Positions 52,325 through 64,000 of a stretch of 64,000 nucleotides of DNA are shown piece by piece. Positions within the stretch are counted from its first letter, which is position 1; each line of letters opens with the position of its first letter. This DNA is from Myxococcota bacterium (GTDB taxonomy: Bacteria; Myxococcota_A; UBA9160; UBA6930), in contig OZ245015.1 of assembly GCA_965223705.1 (NCBI GenBank), forward strand, positions 2,720,001-2,784,000, read 5' to 3'. Both the position numbers and the translations under genes were made by a program. Under the pieces are notes generated by a model that saw only the letters and a program-made list of their open reading frames with translations, did not search any database and had not been told where the DNA came from.

Positions 52325-52687
52325 ATGGCGGTCAAGCACCTCGGCGATTCGTACGATTTCCCGCCGGCGAACGCCGTCGAGAACTACGGCGGCGCCATCA
52401 ATCTCTACTTCGTCTGGGAGGACCACCTCCTCTTCACCTGCCCGATGGCGGTCCCCGTGCCTCCGGACATGCCCTTCCGCATCTTTGTGTCAGATGTCAT
52501 GAAGCTCTGTTACGCGGCGCATCCGGATTTTGAGAAGATCGACTGGGCCGCCGTAGAATGGACTCACGAAGGGCAGGACTGGAAACCGGATTTCGACGCT
52601 ACCCTTGTCGAGAACGGTTTGCACCATATGTCCTACTTTAAGTTCCGCACCCCGGGCCTCGAGGGCCTGGACGATCGAAAGATCTGA
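52325..52687 (+). CDS. dmpO: Phenol hydroxylase gamma subunit (P4)
   Basis: WEDHLLF...PPDMPF...HPDFEKIDW...FRTPGLEG. Confidence 0.9.
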   Translation: MAVKHLGDSYDFPPANAVENYGGAINLYFVWEDHLLFTCPMAVPVPPDMPFRIFVSDVMKLCYAAHPDFEKIDWAAVEWTHEGQDWKPDFDATLVENGLHHMSYFKFRTPGLEGLDDRKI

Positions 52688-52698
52688 GAGGAGAGACC

Positions 52699-53442
52699 AT
52701 GGCCGAATCACGCGCAGCGGCGATCACCCGCGACCTCATCAAGGCGTTCAACGACATTGTCGCCAAACACAACATCACCCATGCGGAGTATCGCGCGGGG
52801 ATCGATTTCATCGGCGAAGCGGTCGCCAAGGGCGAGCAATCGTTGCTCCCCGACGCGTTCCTCGAGGCCGACGTCGTCGCTCACGATGCTCTGGCACAGC
52901 AGGGAACGTTCAGCCAGGTGCTCGGGCCCTACTACCTGCCGGATGCTCCCTGGCTCGAGAACGGCCAACTTGCGAGTGCGGATGAGCCCGGCGACCGCCT
53001 GGTGTTGCACGGCATCGTGCGGGGTACCGACGGGAAGCCGCTCGAGAATGCGGTTCTCGATTTCTGGCAGTGCGACGCGAAGGGCGCCTACTCGAACTTC
53101 AACCCCGGCACGAAGGACGGCAATCTGCGCGGTCGGATGAAGAGCAACAAGGACGGCAGCTACGAACTCCATACGGTGGTTCCCGCCGCCTACACGATCC
53201 CGCATGAAGGTCCGACGGGCAGGCTCCTGAATGAGCTGGGACGGCACCCCTGGCGCCCGGCCCACATCCACCTGCTCGCCTCTCACGATGGCTTCCGGCC
53301 GCTCACGACGCAGATCTACTTCGAGGGCGATCAGTACCTCGATTCGGACGCGGTGGGAGCAGCTCGGCCGGAGCTTTCCATCGCGCTCAAAGGCGGCGGA
53401 GACAAGACGGCCGAGTTCGATATCGAGCTCGAAGCCGCGTGA
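52699..53442 (+). CDS. catA: Intradiol catechol/chlorocatechol 1,2-dioxygenase
   Basis: LGPYYLPDAP, DFWQCDAKGAYS, YTIPHEGPTG, WRPAHIH, LTTQIYF; compact 247 aa. Confidence 0.9.
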   Translation: MAESRAAAITRDLIKAFNDIVAKHNITHAEYRAGIDFIGEAVAKGEQSLLPDAFLEADVVAHDALAQQGTFSQVLGPYYLPDAPWLENGQLASADEPGDRLVLHGIVRGTDGKPLENAVLDFWQCDAKGAYSNFNPGTKDGNLRGRMKSNKDGSYELHTVVPAAYTIPHEGPTGRLLNELGRHPWRPAHIHLLASHDGFRPLTTQIYFEGDQYLDSDAVGAARPELSIALKGGGDKTAEFDIELEAA

Positions 53443-53449
53443 AACCCAC

Positions 53450-53482
53450 ACACGACGGCGTCCCTGAACGGCGCCGTCGTGT
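53450..53482. terminator. Hairpin between convergent catA and rdhA
   Basis: acacgacggcg / cgccgtcgtgt perfect 11-bp stem; no strong U tract. Confidence 0.55.
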
Positions 53483-53490
53483 ATCGCCCC

Positions 53491-55689
53491 CTAGCCTCGG
53501 CCCGCTCGCTCTCGGTAGGCCGCCATCCCGAGCTTCCGATCCGGAGGCGTCGGCGGATCGTCGGGCTTCGGCTGAAGCTCCGGGGGATAGCACGCGAGCT
53601 TCTGATCCGTCGGTTGTTCGCGGAAGTTGAGCTGCCGCGCGTTTACCCGCTGCGCGGGGACGAGATTGCCCTCTTCGTCGGAGTCGATATCCCACCACCA
53701 CTTCTTCACGGGGTTGATCCGGCCGTTCCCGACCTTGTCATCGAGCTTCGCGATCCACTCGCGTGTGAAGGGCAGCTTCATCGCCGACCACAAGAACGGA
53801 CGCTCCGGGAGGATGCCCTCGAGGTTAAACGGGCAGGTCTTCATGCAGCGGCCGCACATCGATCCCGAAGAGTTCGTGATCCGGTAACGCGCACACTTTT
53901 CGACATCGGGTTTCCAGATCTCATACCCGTTGAACATGATCTTGTCGCCGAAGGGAATCGCCGAGGTCGGGCATTCCCGCGCGCACTTGTTGCAGCGATT
54001 GCAGAAATCCTGCAGTCCGAAATCGATCGGCATGTCGGGCGCGAGCGGCATGTCCGTCGTAATGATCCCGGACTTGAAGCGAGGACCGACAAAGGGGTTC
54101 AGCACGAGTTCACCGATCCGGGCGAGCTCGCCCAGACCCGCGAGCAGAATGAGCGGGATGTGCAGAACGTCCTGATCGATCACGCTGTGGCCCCGAGCCG
54201 AGAAGCCCAGCCGGCGCAGTTGATCCGCGACGACGCCGCCCACGAGCTGAGCCCGCATGTAGGCGCGCATGCTTTGCGCGCCGGAGATCCAGTCGTCGCC
54301 GCTGCCGCCCTCCATCGTTTCGTAGCCCTGATCGACCAGGATGGCGATGCCATACTTGTGGTAGGGCTTGATCTCCGAACCGTCGGTGTCGTGGGAATAC
54401 CACGCGTAGTCGGGCACCTCACAAATCCCGACCATATCAGCGCCCATATAGTGGAGGGCCGCCTTCACCATCTTCGCGTTCTTCACCGGATCGTCGTAGC
54501 CGGGCGCGATCTCGTGCGCCTCTTTCCCGTACTGAAGCGGCACCATGCCGCCGAGCACCGGGATCATCGCGTGCCCAAACGGCGATTTGGTGATCATTCG
54601 AAAGTTGTCGAGCTCGTGCTTCGCCTTGTCGCCGAGATCTCCGATCGCCGCGCGCAAGAACATGTCCGCACGCTTCGGATTGCGTTTCACCTGCTCGGGC
54701 TCGATGTGCGTGGTGGGCTTCTCGACCCGGTCGACCTTCTCCATCGGGTAAAGGCCCATGTGAAACGGTCGGTCGCGGAAGAGCCGGCCTTGATAACCGG
54801 CCCGCGCGCCCCCGTAGCCGAGCCACCAACCGGGACCGTGCGCCTTCCATCGTTCCGCAACGTCGCGTCGCGCGAGGGCTCCGTCTGGCTCGAGGGCGAG
54901 GGTTGTGGTCACGGCGACGACGCCGAAACCCGCGCCGAGATACGGGCTCACCACGTCGCCAGCGTCGCCCAGCTCCCCGAGTCCGGAGGCCAGTAGGAGA
55001 GCCTCGAGATCGACCTCTGTCGCGGTGCCCGTATGCAACGTCGCGTCGTAACCGAGAAAGCGCAGGTAGTTGGAGACGACGGCCCCCACCTCGGCTGCTC
55101 GGAGCGCTGCGCGCTGCGCTTGGGTTCCGACGATCCAGGGACCGCCGGGCTCGTCCGGATCGGGACGGCGCGTGTACTCCGCGAGGATGACGAGTGACGA
55201 GACGTGCGACGAGAGATCATCGGTGGCCTGCTGCTCTCGCGCCCACGCACCCCGACCCTCACGGACACTCGCTTCGGCCATCACGTTCTCGGCAGAGCCC
55301 GCCGCATATTCCTGCGACACAGCCAGGGCGAGCGACTCGTTCACAATCGGATCGGCGAGGATGGCTCGTGACGGAAGCCCGCAGACACCGGCCATGCTGG
55401 CGTCGAGGTAGTAGCAAGCCGCCTTCAGGTGGGCAGCGCGTTCTCCTGGGTCCTCGGGAATGGGACCGGTTTTCGGCGCCACCGGGCCGCGACGCATCCG
55501 GTCCATGATGTCGATGTAGGTACGCATCGAGTTGGCGAGTGCTGCCGGGTTCTCCGGGTCCTCGATGGAGAGTGCCGGGCGCCGCTTCTCAATTCGCGAG
55601 GCGCCTCCGTCGTCCGGGAGGCGGGCCAGGCGTTCGAGCGGATACGGACCGAGATGGACCGGACGTTTTCGATGAGAGAACATGCGCAT
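53491..55689 (-). CDS. rdhA: Catabolic (NpRdhA/BhbA-type) B12-dependent reductive dehalogenase
   Basis: MRMFSHRKRPVHLGPYPLERLAR start; duplicated B12-domain architecture; SGAQSMRAY; GELVLNPFVGPRFKS; FCNRCNKCARECP and CARYR...CGRCMKTCP Fe-S motifs; KKWWWD; no Tat signal. Confidence 0.92.
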   Translation of the reverse strand: MRMFSHRKRPVHLGPYPLERLARLPDDGGASRIEKRRPALSIEDPENPAALANSMRTYIDIMDRMRRGPVAPKTGPIPEDPGERAAHLKAACYYLDASMAGVCGLPSRAILADPIVNESLALAVSQEYAAGSAENVMAEASVREGRGAWAREQQATDDLSSHVSSLVILAEYTRRPDPDEPGGPWIVGTQAQRAALRAAEVGAVVSNYLRFLGYDATLHTGTATEVDLEALLLASGLGELGDAGDVVSPYLGAGFGVVAVTTTLALEPDGALARRDVAERWKAHGPGWWLGYGGARAGYQGRLFRDRPFHMGLYPMEKVDRVEKPTTHIEPEQVKRNPKRADMFLRAAIGDLGDKAKHELDNFRMITKSPFGHAMIPVLGGMVPLQYGKEAHEIAPGYDDPVKNAKMVKAALHYMGADMVGICEVPDYAWYSHDTDGSEIKPYHKYGIAILVDQGYETMEGGSGDDWISGAQSMRAYMRAQLVGGVVADQLRRLGFSARGHSVIDQDVLHIPLILLAGLGELARIGELVLNPFVGPRFKSGIITTDMPLAPDMPIDFGLQDFCNRCNKCARECPTSAIPFGDKIMFNGYEIWKPDVEKCARYRITNSSGSMCGRCMKTCPFNLEGILPERPFLWSAMKLPFTREWIAKLDDKVGNGRINPVKKWWWDIDSDEEGNLVPAQRVNARQLNFREQPTDQKLACYPPELQPKPDDPPTPPDRKLGMAAYRERAGRG

Positions 55690-55699
55690 GAGCGAAAAC

Positions 55700-58174
<2,475 letters not shown>

Positions 58175-58178
<4 letters not shown>

Positions 58179-58522
58179 CCTCGGGCTTCCTCCTGGGTGG
58201 TCGATGGGCAAGTCCGTTGGCAACGGGCAAAGGAACGGTCGCACGCCATGGTGTCGTGGCCCCTCGAACGGCAGCGCGTTCGGATTCGCGTGCACGACGC
58301 CTCGCAGGAGTCCCCCGACGCGCAGGATTCGAGGCACGCTCGGAGCTCCTCGACGCAGATCCCGCCGGAGTCGCGCGTACATCCGCGAAAAACCGTCTGG
58401 CAGCGCGGTTCGCAAGTCGATCGACCGGATGATGAACCACCGGGCGCCGGTGCGCAGCCGAGGGCGACCAGGACGCACAGGACGCCGCGACCGAAAAGAC
58501 GGTACCCGCCCCGCGCACTCAC
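58175..58522 (-). CDS. Small cysteine-rich lipoprotein (115 aa, 12 Cys after the lipobox)
   Basis: GTG overlaps the pcaF TGA and its TGA overlaps the CMD ATG; lipobox LVALGC; two CX3CX6C-Xn-CX6CX3C modules. Confidence 0.75.
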
Positions 58523-59724
58523 ACCGCTTCGAGGGCTATGGCTATGCCCTGGCCGACGCCGATGCACATCGTCGCCAGCGCGAGCTTTTCTCCCCGCTCC
58601 TTGAGCTCGAGCGCCGCGGTCCCGACGATGCGCGCGCCGGTCATTCCGAGCGGGTGTCCCAAGGCGATGGCGCCACCGTTCGGATTGACGTGCTCGGCGT
58701 CGTCCGGGAGGCCGAGCTCGCGCAACACCGCAAGGCCCTGACTCGCGAACGCCTCGTTGAGCTCGATCACGGAGAAATCCGAGGGCTTTAAAGACAGCCG
58801 CTCGCAGAGCTTTTGCGTCGCCGGCGACGGCCCGATGCCCATGACGCGCGGAGGGACACCCGCCGCCGCGCCGCCCAACACCCGCGCGATGGGCGTGAGC
58901 CCGTGCTTCGCGGCGCCGGCCTCTGACGCCACCACCAACGCCGCCGCGCCGTCGTTCACGCCCGAGGCATTTCCCGCGGTGACAGTGCCCGGTTGTCGGA
59001 AAGGCGTCGGCAGCTTCGCCAGCTGTTCGGCCGTCGTGTTCGGTCGCGGGTGCTCGTCGCTGTCCACCACACGCGGCTCTCCTTTTCTGACCGGAACCGT
59101 TACGGGGGTGATCTCCAAGGCGAGTCGGCCCGAGCCCGCGGCGCGTCCCGCCTTGTGTTGAGAACGAAGGGCGAACGCGTCTTGGTCGGCGCGGGAGACG
59201 GCAAAATCTTCGGCGACGTTTTCCCCCGTCTCGGGCATCGAGTCGACCCCGTACTGCTTTTTGAGCACCGGGTTGATAAAGCGCCAACCGATAGTGGTGT
59301 CGTAGATCTCGGGATTTCTCGCGAAGGCCGTCTCGGCCTTGGGCATCACAAAGGGAGCGCGTGACATGCTCTCGACTCCCCCGGCCACGGCGAACTCCGC
59401 TTCGCCGGCGCGAATCGCCCGCGCGGCGGTCAGCAGCGCATCCATCCCGGATCCGCACAACCGGTTGATCGTTCCGCCGGGAATATTCTCCGGTAGTCCG
59501 GCCAACAGCAGTGCCATGCGCGCGACGTTTCGATTGTCTTCCCCCGCCTGATTCGCGCAGCCGTAGAGCACGTCGTCGAGAGCTTCCCAGTCGACGCCCG
59601 GATTGCGCTCGAGCAGTGCGCGCAGCGGGATCGCGGCGAGGTCATCCGTACGCACCGAAGACAGCACACCACCAAAACGGCCAATGGGGGTGCGGATGTA
59701 GTCGCAAATGAAGGCTTCCGGCAT
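58519..59724 (-). CDS. pcaF: 3-oxoadipyl-CoA thiolase
   Basis: GCANQAGEDNRNVARMA, NRLCGSG, YDTTIGWRFINP, GGAIALGHPLG, TMCIGVGQG. Confidence 0.93.
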   Translation of the reverse strand: MPEAFICDYIRTPIGRFGGVLSSVRTDDLAAIPLRALLERNPGVDWEALDDVLYGCANQAGEDNRNVARMALLLAGLPENIPGGTINRLCGSGMDALLTAARAIRAGEAEFAVAGGVESMSRAPFVMPKAETAFARNPEIYDTTIGWRFINPVLKKQYGVDSMPETGENVAEDFAVSRADQDAFALRSQHKAGRAAGSGRLALEITPVTVPVRKGEPRVVDSDEHPRPNTTAEQLAKLPTPFRQPGTVTAGNASGVNDGAAALVVASEAGAAKHGLTPIARVLGGAAAGVPPRVMGIGPSPATQKLCERLSLKPSDFSVIELNEAFASQGLAVLRELGLPDDAEHVNPNGGAIALGHPLGMTGARIVGTAALELKERGEKLALATMCIGVGQGIAIALEAV

Positions 59725-59740
59725 GGCATTCTCCAGAGGG

Positions 59741-60502
59741 CTAGCGAGACGCTTCGCTCCGCGCGTGGAGCTCGCGAAGAACTCCGAGTTCCTCGGGGCT
59801 CGCCGGCGGCGTCTCGGCGAGATCGCTTGCGAAGCGAACGTCCCAACCGACGGTTTCGGTGACCGCCTCGCGCGTCACGCCGGGGTGAAGCGAGGTCACG
59901 CAGAATTCCTTGGTCTCCGGATCGGGCTCCCAGAGCGCCAGGTCCGTGATGAGGCGCGTCGGGCCGGCCGTGGTCAGGCCGTGTTCTCGGCGGTCTCGTC
60001 CACCGCGGCCGTGTCCCATCGACGTGACGAAGTCGATTTCGCGCACGAAGCCTCGGGTCGACTGCTTCATCGTGATGAAGATCTCATGGCAACACGAAGC
60101 GATCTCGGGAGCACCGCCGCCGCCGGGAAGACGCACGCTCGGGCTCGCATAGGGACCGACAACGGTCGTGTTGATATTGCCAAAGCGGTCGAGCTGCGCC
60201 GCCCCGAGAAAGCCCACGGTCACGTGCCCGCCCTGCAACCAGTAGCGAAACATCTCGGGGACCGAGACCGTCGTCAGAGCCGTGTCACACAGCTCCCCGT
60301 CGCCGATCGAAAGCGGCAGAACGCGGGGCTCGGTCCCGATGGTTCCGCTTTCGTAGATCAGGGTGATTCCCGGCGCGTGCGTCAACCGCGCGAGATTGCA
60401 CGCCGCTGACGGCGCGCCGATGCCGACGAAGCAGACATCGTCGGATGAAAGCGCCCGCGCGGCGGCGATGGTCATCATTTCGTTCGGCGTCGCGTCGCTC
60501 AC
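59741..60502 (-). CDS. pcaJ: 3-oxoadipate CoA-transferase subunit B (CatJ/GctB type)
   Basis: EMMTIAAARAL, FVGIGAPS, LIYESG, LPLSIGDGEL, RLPGGGGAPEIA. Confidence 0.88.
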   Translation of the reverse strand: MSDATPNEMMTIAAARALSSDDVCFVGIGAPSAACNLARLTHAPGITLIYESGTIGTEPRVLPLSIGDGELCDTALTTVSVPEMFRYWLQGGHVTVGFLGAAQLDRFGNINTTVVGPYASPSVRLPGGGGAPEIASCCHEIFITMKQSTRGFVREIDFVTSMGHGRGGRDRREHGLTTAGPTRLITDLALWEPDPETKEFCVTSLHPGVTREAVTETVGWDVRFASDLAETPPASPEELGVLRELHARSEASR

Positions 60503-61350
60503 GAGCGAAGTCCGCGCACGCGTTCTGCGAAGACCTCGGGCCCGACCTCCAGAACATGCTCTTCCATGTACCGGCGGAACGCGTCCCGGTCGGAAGCCAC
60601 CTTGTCCCACGCGACGTAGGCCGCGTTGTCGCGGTCGTAATAGCCCCGCGCGTAGGACGGGTGGGCACCGCCGGGTACGCAAACGATCGCGCCGACACAA
60701 AACCGGGGCAGCACGCACGCGTTCGGATGCAGTTCATCGAACTCCTCGACGATTTCCTCCACGGTCACGACGTTGCGTTTTGCCGCGAGCACCGTCTGCT
60801 TCTGCACACCGAGGATGCCTTCGAGCAACACGTCGCCGCGGCGGTTCGCTTTCTGCGCGTGGATCACGCCAACATCTGGATTGATCGCCGGGATCGCCGC
60901 AAGCGATTCCCCGGTGAACGGACAGGTCACGTCCCGAATCGTCGGCGTCACCGCGCGCAGACCCGCTCCCACGTAGCCCCGAAAGACGGCGAAGGGCAGT
61001 TTCGCCGCTCCGGCTTCGTACGCGTTGGCCATCGCCGCGTGAGAGTGCTCCTCGATTTCGAGGGCAACCGGCCACTCCTTTTCAACCGCGTCTCGCAACC
61101 GCCGCAGGAGCCCGACGCCGGGATTCCCCGCGTACGAGAAGATCAGCTTCCGGGCGCAACCCGTGCCGATCATCTGGTCGTAGATGAGGTCCGGCGTCAT
61201 GCGAACCAACGTGAGATCGCGCCGCCCTTGACGGATGGTCTCGTGCGCAGCCGCGTGAGGAATGAGGTGCGTGAAGCCCTCGAAGGCCACGCAATCTCCA
61301 TCGCGGATGTTCTCGGCAATGGCCTCGGCGAGCGACTGAAAAACCGCCAT
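60499..61350 (-). CDS. pcaI: 3-oxoadipate CoA-transferase subunit A (CatI/GctA type)
   Basis: EGFTHLIPHAAAHE, RMTPDLIYDQMIG, GNPGVG, GAHPSYARGYYDRDN. Confidence 0.9.
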   Translation of the reverse strand: MAVFQSLAEAIAENIRDGDCVAFEGFTHLIPHAAAHETIRQGRRDLTLVRMTPDLIYDQMIGTGCARKLIFSYAGNPGVGLLRRLRDAVEKEWPVALEIEEHSHAAMANAYEAGAAKLPFAVFRGYVGAGLRAVTPTIRDVTCPFTGESLAAIPAINPDVGVIHAQKANRRGDVLLEGILGVQKQTVLAAKRNVVTVEEIVEEFDELHPNACVLPRFCVGAIVCVPGGAHPSYARGYYDRDNAAYVAWDKVASDRDAFRRYMEEHVLEVGPEVFAERVRGLRS

Positions 61351-61392
61351 GCGCCCGAGTATAGGCGCGCCCCCGGATCGTCAGTAGCGCGC

Positions 61393-62286
61393 TCAGCCGA
61401 GCGGCTTCAGGCCGGCGTCCTCCGCACATACGCGACCTAAGCCCGCCCAGTCGAACTCGTGATAACCGCGCGCCAAGGCTGTCAGGAACTGGTCGCGGAC
61501 CAAGCTTCCGAGCGGCATCGGCACAGTGTTGGCTTCGGCAGCGGAGAGCGCGAGCTTCACGTCCTTGAGACCGAGCGGAAGCTTGAAGCCCGCGGGCTCG
61601 TAGGTGTCTCTGGCCACCATCCCGCCGTACGTCTTGTAGACCGGTGCCGGGAAGATGGTGCTGGTCAAGATCTCGAGAAACGCTTCCGGGTCGATCCCGT
61701 AGGTTCGGGTCAACGCGAACGCCTCGCCCAAGCTCTCGCAAAGCGCGGCGAGCATGAAGTTCCCCCCGATCTTGACGATGTTCGCTGCGACCGGGTCCTC
61801 CCCTACGACGAAGTGGCGTTGACCGACCGCCGCAAACGCCGGTTCGCAGGCGGCGATCGCGGTGGGCGACCCCGCCGCGACGACGAAGAGTTGCCCCGCG
61901 GCTGCGGCGGGTGGCCTTCCGAAGACCGGAGCCGAAACATAACCCTGGCCAGCCTTCCCGTGAGCGTCCGCCAACTGGCGTCCCATATCGACACTGATCG
62001 TGGCCATGCAAGCGTGGACGGCGCCGGTCTCGAGCCCCGCCAACACTCCGCGATCGCCGAAGGTCACCGCCTCGGTCGCAGCATCGTCGGCGAGGATGCT
62101 CAAGACAGCCTCCGCTCCGCGACACGCGTCGGCGGGCGTTTCGACCGCGACGGCGCCGTCGTCGACGAGCGCCTCAGCGCGACTTCGGGTGCGGTTGTAC
62201 ACGCGCACCGCGTGACCCGCCGAGAGCAGGTTCCGCACCATGCCCTCCCCCATCGCGCCGACTCCTACGAAACCGAATTGACCCAT
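61393..62286 (-). CDS. NAD(P)-dependent beta-hydroxyacid dehydrogenase family protein
   Basis: GFVGVGAMG, YNRTRSRA, SAPVFGRP, VKIGGNF, GLKDVKLAL. Confidence 0.9.
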   Translation of the reverse strand: MGQFGFVGVGAMGEGMVRNLLSAGHAVRVYNRTRSRAEALVDDGAVAVETPADACRGAEAVLSILADDAATEAVTFGDRGVLAGLETGAVHACMATISVDMGRQLADAHGKAGQGYVSAPVFGRPPAAAAGQLFVVAAGSPTAIAACEPAFAAVGQRHFVVGEDPVAANIVKIGGNFMLAALCESLGEAFALTRTYGIDPEAFLEILTSTIFPAPVYKTYGGMVARDTYEPAGFKLPLGLKDVKLALSAAEANTVPMPLGSLVRDQFLTALARGYHEFDWAGLGRVCAEDAGLKPLG

Positions 62287-62359
62287 GCGAATTGACCTCC
62301 CGGGTAGTCCGGAGCACCCTACCACGCGACTTGAGCGACGCGTTCCCCGAGTCGGTTGG

Positions 62360-62722
62360 CTAGCCCAGAACGAGATGGAGCTTGAGCGCCAGCCCGAGGT
62401 CACCCGACAAGTGAATCCGGCGTTCGAGGAGGGCTCGCGGCGCGGCCAGGCGACCGGCATTCAAGTCGCGCCAGTCACGCACCGACACCCGAACGCGGAG
62501 GTCCGGATTCGCGAGCTTGCCGTTCGTCCCCCGCGCGGCACCGTTCTCGAGAATCACCCCGAACACTCCGCCGCCTTCTCCGACCAGCGTAAATTCGATC
62601 CCCGCCGGTTTTTTCGGAAGCCGCCCGCGCCGGTCCGGATCCGCCGCGACCCGTTCGGGCACCCAGCGACAGAAGAAATCCTCGGGTTCGATGTCCTCGG
62701 GCGGTTTCGCGCGATCGTCCAC
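62360..62722 (-). CDS. SCP2 sterol-binding domain protein
   Basis: FTLVGEGGGVF...PDLRVRV...RIHLSGDLGLALKL; probable GTG start. Confidence 0.8.
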   Translation of the reverse strand: MDDRAKPPEDIEPEDFFCRWVPERVAADPDRRGRLPKKPAGIEFTLVGEGGGVFGVILENGAARGTNGKLANPDLRVRVSVRDWRDLNAGRLAAPRALLERRIHLSGDLGLALKLHLVLG

Positions 62723-62726
62723 CGGA

Positions 62727-64000
62727 CTATCGAATCGCCGCCAGCGCTCGACCGGTTGCGGAGCGTTTGCTGCGGGCGATCTTCGCGGGCGCGCCCTTCG
62801 CGACGACGCGCCCGCCATCGGGACCGCCGACGGGACCCATGTCGATCACCCAATCGGCTTGGGCGATGACTTCCAAATTGTGCTCGACGACGACGACGCT
62901 CGCGCCGCCGTCGAGGAGCTCGTCGAGACAGCGAATCAGTTGCTGCACTTCGACGGCGTGCAGACCGGTCGTCGGCTCGTCGAGGACATAGAGCGCTCCG
63001 GGTTGTCCGTCGGCGAGCGCGGTCGCAAGTCGCAAGCGCTGGAGCTCCCCTCCGGAGAGCGTGGTCAGCGGCTGTGAGAGGCGGAGATACCCGAGACCGA
63101 CGCGGGAAAACGGCTCGAGCCGCGAAACGATTCTCGCGTCGGCTGCGAAGTGCTCCGCCGCTTCGTCGACGGACAGATCGAGCAAGTCGACCACGCTCTT
63201 TCCACCGAGGCGCACCAAGCCCGCCTCGGGCCCGTAGCGCGTCCCTCCGCAGTGCTCGCACGGAACGCGCACGTCCTCGAGAAACTGCATGTCGACGACG
63301 AGCTCGCCGGTCCCTTCGCAATGCTCGCAGCGGCCGCCGGGTCGATTGAACGAGAACCAACCTGGACCGAAGCCACGGACGCGCGCTTCGTGGGTCGCGG
63401 CGAGCTGCTTGCGGATCCCGTCGAAGGCCTTCGACACCGTCGCGGGGTTCGAGCGGCGTGACTTTCCGGGGGGCGTGGGCTCGACGAGAACGACGTCGTC
63501 TACTTGATCTCGCCCCTCGATCCCGCGGCAAGCGCCGCGCTCGGGATCCCGTGTGAGCTCGCCCACCAACACACTGCGGACGAGCGTCGACTTCCCCGCG
63601 CCGGACACACCGCTTACGACGACCAGCTGCCCGAGTGGGATTTCGACGTCGAGATCTTTCAAGTTGTGTTCGCTGGCTCCCAAGATCTTGAGCGAGCCGG
63701 TCGCTGCGCGACGCTTCCGTTCGCGCCACACGAGTTCACCGCGGAGCACTTGTCCGGTGGGCGAGTCCGCGAGTGCGGTGATTTCTTCGACCGGTCCCTG
63801 CCCGATCAAACGGCCACCGAGATGGCCGGCACCCGGTCCGATCTCGATGACGTGATCCGCGGCGGCGATGATCTCCGGCGCGTGCTCGACGACCACCACC
63901 GTGTTGCCCTGGTCGCGGATGTCGCACAGCACCGCGAGGAGCGCAGCGACGTCGGACGCGTGGAGTCCCACCGAGGGTTCGTCCAACACGTAGAGCGCGG
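62727..64000 (-). CDS. uvrA: UvrA-family excinuclease subunit, 3' part
   Basis: YVLDEPSVGLH, GPGAGHLGG, GASEHNLK, GVSGAGKST, FSFNRPGGRCEHCEG, LSGGELQRL, LDEPTTGLH. Confidence 0.93.
   Translation of the reverse strand, partial: ALYVLDEPSVGLHASDVAALLAVLCDIRDQGNTVVVVEHAPEIIAAADHVIEIGPGAGHLGGRLIGQGPVEEITALADSPTGQVLRGELVWRERKRRAATGSLKILGASEHNLKDLDVEIPLGQLVVVSGVSGAGKSTLVRSVLVGELTRDPERGACRGIEGRDQVDDVVLVEPTPPGKSRRSNPATVSKAFDGIRKQLAATHEARVRGFGPGWFSFNRPGGRCEHCEGTGELVVDMQFLEDVRVPCEHCGGTRYGPEAGLVRLGGKSVVDLLDLSVDEAAEHFAADARIVSRLEPFSRVGLGYLRLSQPLTTLSGGELQRLRLATALADGQPGALYVLDEPTTGLHAVEVQQLIRCLDELLDGGASVVVVEHNLEVIAQADWVIDMGPVGGPDGGRVVAKGAPAKIARSKRSATGRALAAIR

Noticed and set aside
53491..55689. Respiratory reductive dehalogenase or epoxyqueuosine reductase QueG
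   Set aside because: No Tat leader or rdhB anchor; length and N-terminus fit the cytoplasmic NpRdhA type, not QueG.

Overview
GC-rich bacterial chromosome window; gene style (PilM-like GspL, GspN, split gcvPA/PB, DivIVA, tRNA-Sec) suggests a Myxococcota/former-Deltaproteobacteria organism (inference). The left two-thirds is largely core: 5' end of dnaK, a type II secretion operon gspC-N (secretin fused to a C-terminal SPOR domain; 33-bp tandem repeat in the gspG leader), an ArsR-methyltransferase (SahR-like) regulator with a palindromic operator heading metH-HAD-tldD-pmbA-MBL-CoA transferase, mlaFED, maf-yggS-proC-divIVA-folD-gcvTHPaPb, a cysK/metB-like pair, fumC, a Fur-family gene and tRNA-Sec. 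After tRNA-Sec the region looks accessory: an HTTM membrane pair, a CxxC/RPPP leader ORF before a ZnuD-like TonB receptor, a possible structured RNA and small ORFs. The most interesting part is an aromatic/organohalide catabolic cluster. A rearranged multicomponent phenol hydroxylase (P-K-L-M-N-O, sigma-54 promoter with XylR/DmpR-type UAS) and a short intradiol dioxygenase converge on a tightly coupled operon pcaI-pcaJ-pcaF-(12-Cys lipoprotein)-CMD-amnB-amnA-rdhA. That operon joins a cytoplasmic NpRdhA-type B12 reductive dehalogenase to a 2-aminophenol 1,6-dioxygenase. The window ends in the 3' part of a uvrA-family gene. Family calls rest on motifs recalled from memory; no searches were run.
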